This document shows, in pieces, positions 1-8,816 of a stretch of DNA of 64,000 nucleotides (within the stretch, counting starts at the first letter, position 1; each line of letters starts with the position of its first letter). The notes beneath the pieces were generated by a model. The model saw only the letters and a list, made by a program, of their open reading frames with translations, did not search any database and was not told the DNA's origin. A program made the position numbers and the translations under genes. This DNA comes from an uncultured Pseudomonadota bacterium (GTDB lineage: Bacteria > Pseudomonadota > Gammaproteobacteria > Steroidobacterales > Steroidobacteraceae): assembly GCA_963748985.1 (NCBI GenBank), contig CAVVKQ010000013.1, forward strand, positions 6,830 to 70,829, read 5' to 3'.

Positions 1-668
1 TCGACGACGTCGCCGTCGACGATCCCGATGCGGCCGACACCGGCCGCGGCGAGGTACTGCAGCACCGGCACGCCGAGACCGCCGGCGCCGATGACGAGCA
101 CCGAGCCAGCGCGCAGACGCTGCTGGCCCGTGGCACCGACTTCGGGCAGCGCGATCTGCCGGGAGAAATCCGGTGCTGCATGCGACGGCGACACCGCGGC
201 ATGAGCGTGCGCGTGTCCGGCGTGGCTCTCGTGCTCACCCGGTTGCGCGCAGCGCTCGCAGTTCACCCAGCCCGAATCGCCGTCGACATAGTGTTCCTTC
301 TTCCAGATCGGAACGCGGTGCTTCACCTCATCGATGATGTAGCGGCACGCCGCAAAGGCCTCCGCGCGATGGCGCGAGCTCACACCGACCCACACTGCCA
401 TTTCGCCGAGCGCGAGGTCGCCGATCCGGTGGATGCATGCGGCGTGCTGCACGCCGTATTTCGCGACCGCCTCGGCGACGATACGCTCGCCCTCGCGCTC
501 GGCCAGCGCGGCATAGGCCTCGTATTCGAGGCGACGCACTGCGCGACCCTCATTGTGGTCCCGCACCCAGCCTTCGAACGTCGCATAGCCTCCGCACGCC
601 GGATCGGCGAGCGCCGCGCGACCGTGAGCCGTGTCGATCGGCAACGTGCTGAAGACGAACGGCTGCAT
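1..668 (-). CDS. moaE: MoaE (molybdopterin synthase catalytic subunit) continuing in-frame into the N-terminus of a MoeB/ThiF-type adenylyltransferase; 3' end runs off the window
   Basis: Minus-strand frame starts at ATG 668-666 (ATGA overlap with the moaD stop). I read it codon by codon to position 3 and found no stop; the track lists no closed ORF in this frame. My translation: [52 protein letters not shown]...[28 protein letters not shown] (MoaE-like), then [30 protein letters not shown], then [56 protein letters not shown] (MoeB/ThiF start with GxGxxG). Confidence 0.75.
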   Translation of the reverse strand, partial: MQPFVFSTLPIDTAHGRAALADPACGGYATFEGWVRDHNEGRAVRRLEYEAYAALAEREGERIVAEAVAKYGVQHAACIHRIGDLALGEMAVWVGVSSRHRAEAFAACRYIIDEVKHRVPIWKKEHYVDGDSGWVNCERCAQPGEHESHAGHAHAHAAVSPSHAAPDFSRQIALPEVGATGQQRLRAGSVLVIGAGGLGVPVLQYLAAAGVGRIGIVDGDVV

Positions 669-910
669 CAGCCGCCCGCGACGGGAGGAATGAAGACGAC
701 GCGGTCGTTGGCTTCGAGCGGCGACGACCAGTCCCTGAACTCCTCGTTCACGGCGACGCGCAACATCGAGAGCGGCAGGGTGAAGCCGTGCCTGGCCCGC
801 ACTTCTTCGTACAGTTCGGCAGGGGTCGTGGCGGCCGTTTCCAGGCGTTCCTCGCTGCGGCCGGCCTGCTCACGCAGCACGGCAAAATACTGCAGGGTGA
901 TCTTCTTCAT
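668..910 (-). CDS. moaD: Molybdopterin synthase sulfur-carrier subunit MoaD
   Basis: 80-aa ORF of ThiS/MoaD size ending in the diagnostic C-terminal Gly-Gly (..[10 protein letters not shown]). ATGA overlaps with both neighbours. Confidence 0.9.
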   Translation of the reverse strand: MKKITLQYFAVLREQAGRSEERLETAATTPAELYEEVRARHGFTLPLSMLRVAVNEEFRDWSSPLEANDRVVFIPPVAGG

Positions 911-1512
911 GGATTCGCTGTCCCGCCCAGGTGTCCCTTGGCGCGTTGCAGTTCTTCCGGAGTGTTCACATTGTCGAGCGCGTTGGGGTCGGGTTGAACG
1001 ACCAGCGCGACACCGGTGCCGATAATGAACTTTCGTGGGCAGTTGCGGCCCGACGCGAGGGCCGACAGTACACCTTCGCGCGACGCAGGTTCATAGATCG
1101 CACAGAGCGGCTCCGGCAGTCCGTCGTGGCTGCTCGCGTAGGCGACGACGGGCCGTCCGTCGCGACGACCGATCAGGTGGCTGATGGCAGCGTCGTCGAC
1201 GAAAGGCAGGTCGCACGCCAGGACGAGCCACGCGTCTTCCGGGTGCGCCGCTTGCGCCGCGGCGATGCCCGCGATCGGGCCGGCGCCGTCGTGCACGTCG
1301 ACAATCACGGGCCGACCACGCCGCACGGGGTCGTCCTGCTGGTCGGCGCGTATCGAGACGAAGACACACTCGCAGTGTCGAGCGAGCGTGTCGCACGCCC
1401 AGTCGAGTTGCGGGCGGCCGTGCAGGGCGAGGGCAGCCTTGTCCTGTCCCATGCGCCGGCTGGCGCCGCCCGCCAGCACGAGGCCGAACAGCGGCGCGAG
1501 GGGTGGCGTCAT
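907..1512 (-). CDS. mobA: Molybdenum cofactor guanylyltransferase MobA
   Basis: ORF 907..1605, trimmed to the internal ATG at 1512 (cat at 1510-1512), which overlaps the moaC stop as ATGA. N-terminus [28 protein letters not shown] is the MobA nucleotide-binding signature. Confidence 0.85.
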   Translation of the reverse strand: MTPPLAPLFGLVLAGGASRRMGQDKAALALHGRPQLDWACDTLARHCECVFVSIRADQQDDPVRRGRPVIVDVHDGAGPIAGIAAAQAAHPEDAWLVLACDLPFVDDAAISHLIGRRDGRPVVAYASSHDGLPEPLCAIYEPASREGVLSALASGRNCPRKFIIGTGVALVVQPDPNALDNVNTPEELQRAKGHLGGTANP

Positions 1513-1991
1513 TGCGCGACGCCCTGGTGCACGTCGCGCTTGCCGCCGTGCTTTTCGATCAATCGCGTCTCGGTGATGACGATCTCGTGCGAAAGCGCCT
1601 TGCACATGTCGTAGATCGTGAGCGCCGCGATCGAGGCGCCGGTCAGGGCCTCCATTTCGACACCTGTCTTGTGGTGCAGCGAGACCGTACAGCGAATGAC
1701 GGCTTCGTCGTCGTGCATGTCGATGACGACGTCGCAGCGCTCGAGGCCGAGCGGGTGACAGAAGGGAATCAGCTCGTGCGTGCGCTTGGCGGCCATCACT
1801 CCGGCCACGATCGCGGTGTGGAACACCGGGCCTTTCCTGGTGGCGAAACCGGCATCGCGCAACGTGCGAGCGACAGCGGCCGGGAAGCGGACGCGTGATT
1901 CGGCCACGGCGGAGCGCAACGTGACTGCCTTGGCGCTCACGTCCACCATTGCCGGTCGGCCTTGCGCATCGACGTGAGTGAGTTCGGTCAT
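1509..1991 (-). CDS. moaC: Cyclic pyranopterin monophosphate synthase MoaC
   Basis: ORF 1509..2126, trimmed to ATG at 1991 ([21 protein letters not shown]..). Typical MoaC sequence (..[10 protein letters not shown].., ..[21 protein letters not shown]..), about 160 aa. Confidence 0.9.
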   Translation of the reverse strand: MTELTHVDAQGRPAMVDVSAKAVTLRSAVAESRVRFPAAVARTLRDAGFATRKGPVFHTAIVAGVMAAKRTHELIPFCHPLGLERCDVVIDMHDDEAVIRCTVSLHHKTGVEMEALTGASIAALTIYDMCKALSHEIVITETRLIEKHGGKRDVHQGVAQ

Positions 1992-1995
1992 GGTG

Positions 1996-3060
1996 TCATC
2001 CACCGATGTAGTGCATTTCGACCTTGCGCAGCGGAGCCTCGCTGCCGCGCTGTTTGCCGCGCAATTCGCTGTAGCGGTCTGCCCTCTGTGCCCACGCGCC
2101 TCGCAGCAGCTCGAGCAATTCGGCATCCGAAGCGCCGGCGCGCAATGGCGCGCGCAGGTCGAGTCCGCGCGTCGCGAACAGGCAGGTGTACAACACGCCT
2201 TCCGATGACAGCCGCGCGCGATTGCAGTCGCCGCAGAACGGTTCGCTCACCGACGACACGAATCCGATTTCACCAGCGCCATCGTCGTATGTGTAACGCG
2301 ATGCGACCTCGCCCCGATAGCGGCCGGCCGCGGCCGTCACGGGCCAGCGCGCCTCGATCTGCCGCAGGATGCCGGCCGACGGCACGACCTGCGCGGGTTC
2401 CCACGCGTTACGGTTGCCGACGTCCATGTATTCGATCAGCCGCACGGTGACACCCGTACCGCGGAAACGCTCGAGCAGGTCCAGCACCGTGTGGTCGTTG
2501 AGGCCGCGCTGGACCACGGTGTTGACCTTCACCGGTCGCAAGCCTGCGGCTAGCGCAGCCTCGATTCCCTCGAGCACCTGCGGCAGCCCGCCGAAGCCGC
2601 CGCTCATCTTCGTGAACACTGCTTCGTCGAGCGAGTCGAGACTCACCGTCACCCGGTGCAGGCCATTGCCCTTCAATTCAGCCGCGTGCTGCGCGAGCAG
2701 GACGCCATTGGTCGTGAGCGCGAGGTCTTCGATGCCTTCGATGCCCGACAGTTCGGCGACGAGATCGGGCAAGCCGTTGCGCAGCAGGGGTTCACCGCCT
2801 GTCAGGCGCACCTTGCGCACGCCGAGGCGCGCCGCGACTCGCGCCAGCCGCACGATCTCCTCGAACGACAGCCGCTCCTGCGCACGGAGGAAGCGGTACT
2901 TCTCGTCGAACGTCGCCTGCGGCATGCAGTACGGGCAACGGAAATTGCAGCGGTCCATGACTGAGATGCGCAGGTCGTGCACCGGCCGGCCGAGCCTGTC
3001 GACCACCGGGTTCAACGGACCCAGGGCGACGACACCGGTGGAATTGCGTGCATCAGGCAT
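1996..3060 (-). CDS. moaA: GTP 3',8-cyclase MoaA (radical SAM)
   Basis: 354 aa. Radical-SAM cluster motif [10 protein letters not shown] near the N-terminus, and a C-terminal second cluster region (..[13 protein letters not shown]..). Confidence 0.92.
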   Translation of the reverse strand: MPDARNSTGVVALGPLNPVVDRLGRPVHDLRISVMDRCNFRCPYCMPQATFDEKYRFLRAQERLSFEEIVRLARVAARLGVRKVRLTGGEPLLRNGLPDLVAELSGIEGIEDLALTTNGVLLAQHAAELKGNGLHRVTVSLDSLDEAVFTKMSGGFGGLPQVLEGIEAALAAGLRPVKVNTVVQRGLNDHTVLDLLERFRGTGVTVRLIEYMDVGNRNAWEPAQVVPSAGILRQIEARWPVTAAAGRYRGEVASRYTYDDGAGEIGFVSSVSEPFCGDCNRARLSSEGVLYTCLFATRGLDLRAPLRAGASDAELLELLRGAWAQRADRYSELRGKQRGSEAPLRKVEMHYIGG

Positions 3061-3066
3061 GTGCGT

Positions 3067-4287
3067 TCACCAGCGGTACAGCGGCGCGAGGAAACCTGCC
3101 GAAAATTCGCGGGGGCCCGGCGGCAGTTCCACGAAACCATCCGTACCCAGCAATGAAATGAAATCCCCCGAACCCCGGGTGGGCCGCGGCATGGCAACCA
3201 TGCCCATGGTCGAACTGTATTCCACACCCACCGGCAGGAAAAAGGCGAGAGCAGGCTTGACCTTGAAAGTCGACCCCAAGGGGATGTGTTCCGTAACGCG
3301 CACTGGTGCGCCGGCCATCGCGGCGAGTGCAGGCACGACGTAGCGCAACAGGCAAACGAGGGCAGACACAGGATTGCCGGGCAGTCCGAACACCGTCTGG
3401 CCCGTCGGTCCGATGCCGAACCAGATCGGCTTGCCCGGGCGCTGCGCGACCTTGTGCAACACTTCCCGTACGCCCAGTTGTCGCAGGACGCTCGGCACGT
3501 GATCGTAACGCCCCATCGAGACGCCTCCCGTCAGGACGATCACGTCGTGCGTGGCGAGATGTACCGAGAGTCGCTCGGCGAGCACTGCGTGGTCATCCGG
3601 CAAGTGGTCTTCGGCGACTCGCTGAAGACCGCGCAGGTTCAGAGCGCCGCGCAAGGCATAGCTGTTCGACCGGCGGACCTGCCAGGCCGCGATCGGCTGG
3701 CCGGGAGCGACCAGTTCGTCGCCCGTGGTCGCGATCAGGATGCGGGGCTCGCTACGGACGTCGGCCCGAGGCAGACCGGCGGAGGCGAGCACCGCAAGCT
3801 CTGGCGCACCGAGGCGCGTGCCGCGCGCCAGCAGTAGATCGCCTTCGCGCGCATCCAGCCCGCGCGTATGCACGTTCAGAAAGGGTTCGACCGGCATGTC
3901 ATCGTCGACGACTGCGAAACCGTCCTCGATACGCAGGCGTTCGACCGGAACGACGCAGTCGCATCCGTGCGGGAGCACGGCGCCGGTCATTGCTTCGAGG
4001 CATTCGGCGGAATCGACGAGATCCAGTGGCGGATAGCCGGCGGCCTGCGTACCGGCGATGCGAAACCGGCGCTGGCCCTGACGCCACGCCTGCGCGGCGA
4101 AGGCGATGCCGTCCATCGTGACCCGATCGAACGGGGGCTGGTCGCGTTCCGAGCGCACGGACTGGGCCAGGACCGCGCCCGCCAGGGATTCCAGCGGACG
4201 CGATTCGATTGGCAGCGGCAGCACGTGTTCGCGCACGAGCGCCTCCGCTTCGGCCGGGGTCGGCAAGGCCGACGCTCCCGCCGTCAT
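3067..4287 (-). CDS. moeA: Molybdopterin molybdenumtransferase MoeA
   Basis: ORF 3067..4416, trimmed to ATG 4287 ([25 protein letters not shown]..). MoeA domain order and motifs (..[11 protein letters not shown].., ..[14 protein letters not shown].., ..[11 protein letters not shown]..). About 406 aa. Confidence 0.88.
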   Translation of the reverse strand: MTAGASALPTPAEAEALVREHVLPLPIESRPLESLAGAVLAQSVRSERDQPPFDRVTMDGIAFAAQAWRQGQRRFRIAGTQAAGYPPLDLVDSAECLEAMTGAVLPHGCDCVVPVERLRIEDGFAVVDDDMPVEPFLNVHTRGLDAREGDLLLARGTRLGAPELAVLASAGLPRADVRSEPRILIATTGDELVAPGQPIAAWQVRRSNSYALRGALNLRGLQRVAEDHLPDDHAVLAERLSVHLATHDVIVLTGGVSMGRYDHVPSVLRQLGVREVLHKVAQRPGKPIWFGIGPTGQTVFGLPGNPVSALVCLLRYVVPALAAMAGAPVRVTEHIPLGSTFKVKPALAFFLPVGVEYSSTMGMVAMPRPTRGSGDFISLLGTDGFVELPPGPREFSAGFLAPLYRW

Positions 4288-4318
4288 GCGGACAGGGCGC
4301 TCGGGCGAACGCCGGGGC

Positions 4319-4702
4319 TCACTGGGCGGCCTTCTCCGAGTACGCCTTTTTCTCGACGTTCCAGCGGTCCACCAGCGCCTGCAGTTCGTCGAGCGCCGAA
4401 TTGTGCTTCTTGGCATGGATCGCCTCGACAGCGGCTTTTTTCTCGGCGAGCTTCGGGTCGGCCGGATCCAGCGCCGCCAGTTGCTCGGTCTGGTCCTGCT
4501 CGAGGCAGGGCAGGTAAGTCTCCTGCACGTTCTTCGCGTAATCCTTCACCAGGGTCTGCGCCGCCAGCATGTCTTCCTTGGTCGCGGACGCGCCATTCGG
4601 CAGCGCCTGCGGAGCCTGGGGATAGACGCATGTGGCGGCCTCGGCGGTGGCGCTCAACGCCAGCAGGACCGGGGCGAGGGCAAGGGCGGTCAGCATCTTC
4701 AT
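4319..4702 (-). CDS. Hypothetical secreted protein (signal peptide, helical/coiled-coil, two Cys); family not recognised
   Basis: 127-aa ORF with a clear Sec signal ([23 protein letters not shown]) and non-artefactual composition (K/E/Q-rich in a high-GC genome). It ends 31 nt upstream of moeA on the same strand. Confidence 0.6.
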   Translation of the reverse strand: MKMLTALALAPVLLALSATAEAATCVYPQAPQALPNGASATKEDMLAAQTLVKDYAKNVQETYLPCLEQDQTEQLAALDPADPKLAEKKAAVEAIHAKKHNSALDELQALVDRWNVEKKAYSEKAAQ

Positions 4703-4903
4703 GTCGTTGGAACCTCGAAAGTGCCAGTAGTCGCGCAGCCTGCCACAGCGGCCGGCGGATCGCGGACGCGCACTATACCGCAGCCGTCAGCCCGTCCGGA
4801 CCGGACCGGACAGGAGACCGCTGCCGGCGGGGTTGGCAGGGCGGTAAGGCTTCGTGTCCAATGCCGGCTCCATCCGACCCGATCCCCGACTGGAATCCTG
4901 CCA

Positions 4904-6445
4904 ATGCCCCCCCGGAAATCTACCGCTGCTGCCGTAACCACTGCCTCCGAGGCCTTCGAACTCGGCCATTTCATCGGGGGAAGCGAGGTCGCCGGGGCCT
5001 CCGGTCGCAGGGGGATCGTGCACAACCCGGCCAGCGGCCAGGTCCGGGGCGAAGTGGCCTATGCCAACGCCGACGAGACCCGTACGGCCATCGCCGCGGC
5101 CGAGGCTGCGCTGCCGGCCTGGTCGGCCACGCCGCCGCTGCAGCGCGCGCGGATCATGTTCAAGTTCAAGGCACTGCTCGAGGAACACACTGACGAGCTG
5201 GCGCGGCTGATCACGGTCGAGCACGGCAAGGTGTTTTCGGACGCACGCGGCGAAGTCATCCGCGGCACCGAGGTCGTCGAGTTCGCCTGCGGTATCCCGC
5301 AGATGCTGAAAGGCGAGTTCAGCGAGAACGTCGGCACCAATGTCGACAGCTGGTCGCAGCGCCAGCCGGTCGGCGTCTGCGCCGGCATCACGCCGTTCAA
5401 CTTTCCTGCGATGGTGCCGATGTGGATGTTCCCGGTGGCGATCGCCTGTGGCAACACGTTCGTGCTGAAGCCGTCCGAGAAGGATCCAAGCTGTCCCATG
5501 CGCGTTGCACAACTGCTCAAGCAGGCCGGCCTGCCGGACGGCGTGTTCAACGTCGTCAACGGCGATCGCGAAGCCGTGGACACGCTGCTGACGGATCCTC
5601 GCGTGGGCGCCATCAGCTTCGTCGGTTCGACGCCGGTTGCCGAATACATCTATCGCACCGCCTCGACGCATGGCAAGCGCGTGCAGGCGCTGGGCGGTGC
5701 CAAGAATCACATGGTCGTGATGCCTGACGCCGACACCGAAAACGCGGCGAGCGCGCTGATTGGCGCGGCCTATGGTTCTGCCGGTGAGCGCTGCATGGCG
5801 ATCTCGGTGGCCGTTGCCGTGGGCGATGCAGCCGATCCTCTGATCGAGGCGCTGCAGCGCCAACTGAAGCAACTCAAGGTCGGCTCGGGGCTCGATGACG
5901 GCGTCGAAATGGGCCCCCTCGTGACCCGGGAACACCGCGACCGCGTCAGCGGTTACGTGGACCTTGGCGTGCAGGAAGGCGCGAAGCTCGTCGTCGACGG
6001 CCGCGGCCTGCGCTTGCGTGGGCTCGAGAACGGGTTCTTCATCGGGCCGTGCCTGTTCGACGGCGTCGACCCGCAGATGCGGATCTACAAGGAAGAGATT
6101 TTCGGACCGGTACTGTGCGTCGTTCGCGCGCCGGACCTGGCCACGGCCACCAGTCTCGTCAACGAGCATGAGTTCGGCAATGGCACGGCCATTTTCACCG
6201 CGAGCGGCGAAGCTGCGCGAACGTTCACGCAGGGCGTGCAGGCGGGCATGGTTGGAATCAACGTACCGATTCCGGTGCCCATGGCTTTTCACTCCTTCGG
6301 CGGCTGGAAGCGCTCGCTGTTCGGGGCCCTGCACGTGCACGGCCCGGACGGCGTGCGCTTCTACACGCGGCTCAAGACCGTGACTTCGCGCTGGCCTACC
6401 GCGCGCAGGGAAAGTGCGCAATTCGTCATGCCAACGATGAAGTAA
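4904..6445 (+). CDS. mmsA: CoA-acylating methylmalonate-semialdehyde dehydrogenase
   Basis: ORF 4106..6445, trimmed to ATG 4904. Sequence ..[12 protein letters not shown].., ..[39 protein letters not shown].., ..[11 protein letters not shown].. is typical of MmsA-type aldehyde dehydrogenases. The upstream 266 codons of the ORF are Arg/Gly-rich read-through, not coding. Confidence 0.9.
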   Translation: MPPRKSTAAAVTTASEAFELGHFIGGSEVAGASGRRGIVHNPASGQVRGEVAYANADETRTAIAAAEAALPAWSATPPLQRARIMFKFKALLEEHTDELARLITVEHGKVFSDARGEVIRGTEVVEFACGIPQMLKGEFSENVGTNVDSWSQRQPVGVCAGITPFNFPAMVPMWMFPVAIACGNTFVLKPSEKDPSCPMRVAQLLKQAGLPDGVFNVVNGDREAVDTLLTDPRVGAISFVGSTPVAEYIYRTASTHGKRVQALGGAKNHMVVMPDADTENAASALIGAAYGSAGERCMAISVAVAVGDAADPLIEALQRQLKQLKVGSGLDDGVEMGPLVTREHRDRVSGYVDLGVQEGAKLVVDGRGLRLRGLENGFFIGPCLFDGVDPQMRIYKEEIFGPVLCVVRAPDLATATSLVNEHEFGNGTAIFTASGEAARTFTQGVQAGMVGINVPIPVPMAFHSFGGWKRSLFGALHVHGPDGVRFYTRLKTVTSRWPTARRESAQFVMPTMK

Positions 6446-6469
6446 CGGTAAACTTCGCCTACCTTACGC

Positions 6470-6546
6470 GCGGCCGTAGCTCAGCTGGATAGAGCATCAG
6501 GCTTCGAACCTGAGGGTCGGGGGTTCGAATCCCTCCGGCCGCGCCA
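6470..6546 (+). tRNA. tRNA-Arg (anticodon TCG)
   Basis: 77-nt cloverleaf folded by hand. Acceptor GCGGCCG/CGGCCGC, D arm GCTC-AGCTGGATA-GAGC, anticodon stem TCAGG/CCTGA with loop CTTCGAA (anticodon TCG), T arm GGGGG-TTCGAAT-CCCTC, discriminator G plus encoded CCA. Confidence 0.9.
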
Positions 6547-6617
6547 GGCAATCCACCCATTGACAAACTTCCAGGCCGGCGGGGTATGCACCCGCGTCGT
6601 GCCCTAGAGAGCGCACG

Positions 6618-8720
6618 ATGCACAAGCCTTATTCGCGATCATTGCTCCTGCGGGCAGCCATAGCCCTGCAGCTCGTCCCCGCGCTCGCCGTTGCTGACGA
6701 TGCCGGGGCCGGCGCCGAGGGTGCCGGTCTCGAAGTCATTACGGTCACCGCCCAGAAGGTCACCGAGGACCTGCAGAAGACCAGCGCCGCCATCACGGCA
6801 ATTTCGGGCGAGGTCCTGGTCAGTGCCGGTGTGTACGACATCCGCGGCGTGCAGAACCTGATGCCGCTGGTCCGTTTCCAGGCGGAGAACGCCTCGACCG
6901 AACTCTACATCCGCGGCGTCGGCTCGACGCTCGACCTGCCCAACATCGAGCCACCCAACGCTTTCAACTTCAACGGCGTCTACATCCCGCGCGAAGGCAC
7001 CAGCGTCGGCCTGTTCGACATCGAGTCGATCGAGTTGCTGCCGGGACCGCAGGGCACGCTGTACGGGCGCGCGGCACTCGGCGGCGCCGTCAACGTCGAG
7101 TTCAACCGACCCACCCAGGAGCTCGAGACGAGCGGCGTGCTCGAGGTGGGCGACTATTCGCTCCTCCACGGCACGATCGTGCAGAACCTGCCGGTGTCGG
7201 AGCAACTCGCGCTGCGCGGGGCATTCGACTACATCGAACGCGACGGGTACCTGCAGACGGGCGCGGATTCGCAGGAGGACTATGCGGCCCGGCTCTCGGC
7301 GCTCTACGCGCCGACCGACGAACTCGACATCTACGTCTGGCTGCACGGCGCGAAGAAGGACGGCAAGTCGCCCAACCTCGTACGCCGCGGCTTCAACGGC
7401 GGCACCTTCGACGGCAATCCCAACGCGTTCAACACCAGCGATCCCTGGGATGACCGCATCGATCCGGGTGCGCCCACGGCGTCGCCGCAGGATTTCGAGA
7501 ACATGGTGCTCGGTGCGCAGGTCGACTGGGACCTCGGCGACGTCAAGCTCACGTACATCCCCGGGTATTTCTACCTCGACTGGGCCGCGGACTACTGGCT
7601 CGAGAACATCCCGGCGCTGCTGACGGCCCATTACAACCAGGTCACCAACGAGTTGCGCCTCGCGAGCGACACTGACTCGAAACTGCAGTGGCTCGGCGGC
7701 CTGTATGCGTACCAGGTGACGAACTCCGGTGATTTCATCGTCGGCGGCTTTCCACTCTCGCAGATATCGCGCAACCGGCTCGAGGGCTATGCGGCCTTTG
7801 GCGAGGCGACCTACTCGCTGACTGACACGGTGCGCGTCACGGCGGGCGGCCGGTTCAGCTGGGACCAGCGTGAAGGCGAGGGCCAGACCGCGTTCGGCGT
7901 GCCATTCACGGCCGACGAGGATTACGACAACGTCGACTGGAAACTGGGCGTGGAAATGGACCTGGGCACGGACGCGATGGCGTACGCGACGATCCAGACC
8001 GGTTACCAGCCGGGCACGTACAACGCGTTTCCGGCCACGGACGAGCTGTCGAACCTGGTGCAGTCCGCGACCATGACGGCGTACACGACCGGCATCAAGA
8101 GTCGTTTCCTCGACGATCGCCTGCAGGTCAACGACGAGCTCTTTTATTACGACTACGAGAACCTGCTGGTGCAGTCGTTCAACCTCAATACCGCCCTGCT
8201 CACGACGTTCAACGCCGAGCAGACGACGATCTGGGGCAACCAGCTCGACGTGCTGTTCGCGCCGACCGGTCGCGACCGGCTGAACCTGTCCGTGGGTTAC
8301 CTCAATGCCGAGTACGACGACTTCATCGTCCCGGACGAAGTGAACATGGGCATCCCGAATCGCGATTTCGGCGGCTACCCGCTGCAGAACGCACCGGAGT
8401 GGACGGTGTCCGCCGGATACCAGCACGAATTCCCAGTCGGCCCGGGCCGGCTGCTCGCGCGCCTCGAGACGCGCTACGAGGATTCGTTCTGGGGCACATT
8501 CGCCCAGTTCCGCGGCACCGAGCAGCAGGACTACTTCAAGACCGATGCATCGGTCACGTACTACGCGCCAGACGATCGCTGGAGCCTGGGCCTCTGGGTC
8601 AAGAACATCGAGAACGAGGCGGTGCTTGCGGCAGCGACGACCGGCCAGTTCGGGCCATACGCCGACGTCTTCATCGAGCCGCCGCGCACGTTCGGCGCGC
8701 GGTTCACGTTCAAGCTCTAA
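6618..8720 (+). CDS. TonB-dependent receptor
   Basis: 700 aa. Signal peptide, plug-domain motifs (GLEVITVTAQKVTEDLQKTSAAITAISG.., ..LLPGPQGTLYGRAALGGAVN..) and a beta-barrel C-terminus (..PRTFGARFTFKL). Confidence 0.9.
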   Translation: MHKPYSRSLLLRAAIALQLVPALAVADDAGAGAEGAGLEVITVTAQKVTEDLQKTSAAITAISGEVLVSAGVYDIRGVQNLMPLVRFQAENASTELYIRGVGSTLDLPNIEPPNAFNFNGVYIPREGTSVGLFDIESIELLPGPQGTLYGRAALGGAVNVEFNRPTQELETSGVLEVGDYSLLHGTIVQNLPVSEQLALRGAFDYIERDGYLQTGADSQEDYAARLSALYAPTDELDIYVWLHGAKKDGKSPNLVRRGFNGGTFDGNPNAFNTSDPWDDRIDPGAPTASPQDFENMVLGAQVDWDLGDVKLTYIPGYFYLDWAADYWLENIPALLTAHYNQVTNELRLASDTDSKLQWLGGLYAYQVTNSGDFIVGGFPLSQISRNRLEGYAAFGEATYSLTDTVRVTAGGRFSWDQREGEGQTAFGVPFTADEDYDNVDWKLGVEMDLGTDAMAYATIQTGYQPGTYNAFPATDELSNLVQSATMTAYTTGIKSRFLDDRLQVNDELFYYDYENLLVQSFNLNTALLTTFNAEQTTIWGNQLDVLFAPTGRDRLNLSVGYLNAEYDDFIVPDEVNMGIPNRDFGGYPLQNAPEWTVSAGYQHEFPVGPGRLLARLETRYEDSFWGTFAQFRGTEQQDYFKTDASVTYYAPDDRWSLGLWVKNIENEAVLAAATTGQFGPYADVFIEPPRTFGARFTFKL

Positions 8721-8751
8721 TCGCTGGCTCCCTGTCCCGCTGCCAGCGGGT

Positions 8752-8788
8752 TGGAAAAGAAAGGGCGGGTCGTTGCCGCCCCGCCCTT
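8752..8788 (-). terminator. Rho-independent terminator of the 8817..11261 receptor gene; the hairpin also sits downstream of the convergent + strand receptor
   Basis: Perfect 9-bp stem AAGGGCGGG (8761-8769) / CCCGCCCTT (8780-8788) with a 10-nt loop. On the minus strand it is followed by TCTTTTCC. A second small hairpin CCCGC-TGCCA-GCGGG lies at 8736-8750. Confidence 0.7.
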
Positions 8789-8816
8789 GCTCAGCGCCGT
8801 CCTGGCGCGTTACCCG

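Noticed and set aside
180-1025. Very long ORFs antisense to or overlapping the called genes. Examples: 180..1025(+), 3868..5193(+), 4787..6421(-), 6639..8426(-), 11953..13905(+), 15865..17526(-), 32626..34581(+), 39305..41242(+), 41212..42795(-), 44207..46282(+), 47072..48511(-), 48515..50818(-), 60757..62445(-).
   Set aside because: Their translations are Arg/Ala/Gly/Pro-rich with no recognisable motifs. In each case the opposite or alternative frame encodes a well-recognised protein. Stop-poor antisense frames are expected at this GC content, so I do not treat them as overlapping genes.
4106-4903. Long N-terminal extensions of track ORFs, which take the most upstream start. Examples: mmsA 4106, receptor 14103, gdhB 35781, zapE 37544, sigma 55747, anti-sigma 56109, yajC 60330.
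   Set aside because: The extensions overlap upstream genes or have non-protein-like composition. Internal ATG/TTG starts give normal protein lengths, N-termini matching the family, and often ATGA/TTGA coupling with the neighbour.
4703-4903. I looked for a Moco riboswitch upstream of the molybdenum-cofactor operon.
   Set aside because: I could not recognise the conserved Moco-motif blocks by eye on the minus strand of this region. A covariance-model scan would be needed, so no feature is claimed.
6560-6590. A perfect TTGACA at 6560-6565 upstream of the first receptor, considered as a promoter.
   Set aside because: The best -10 candidates (GGTATG at N17, TATGCA at N19) are poor or badly spaced, so this is not reported as a feature.
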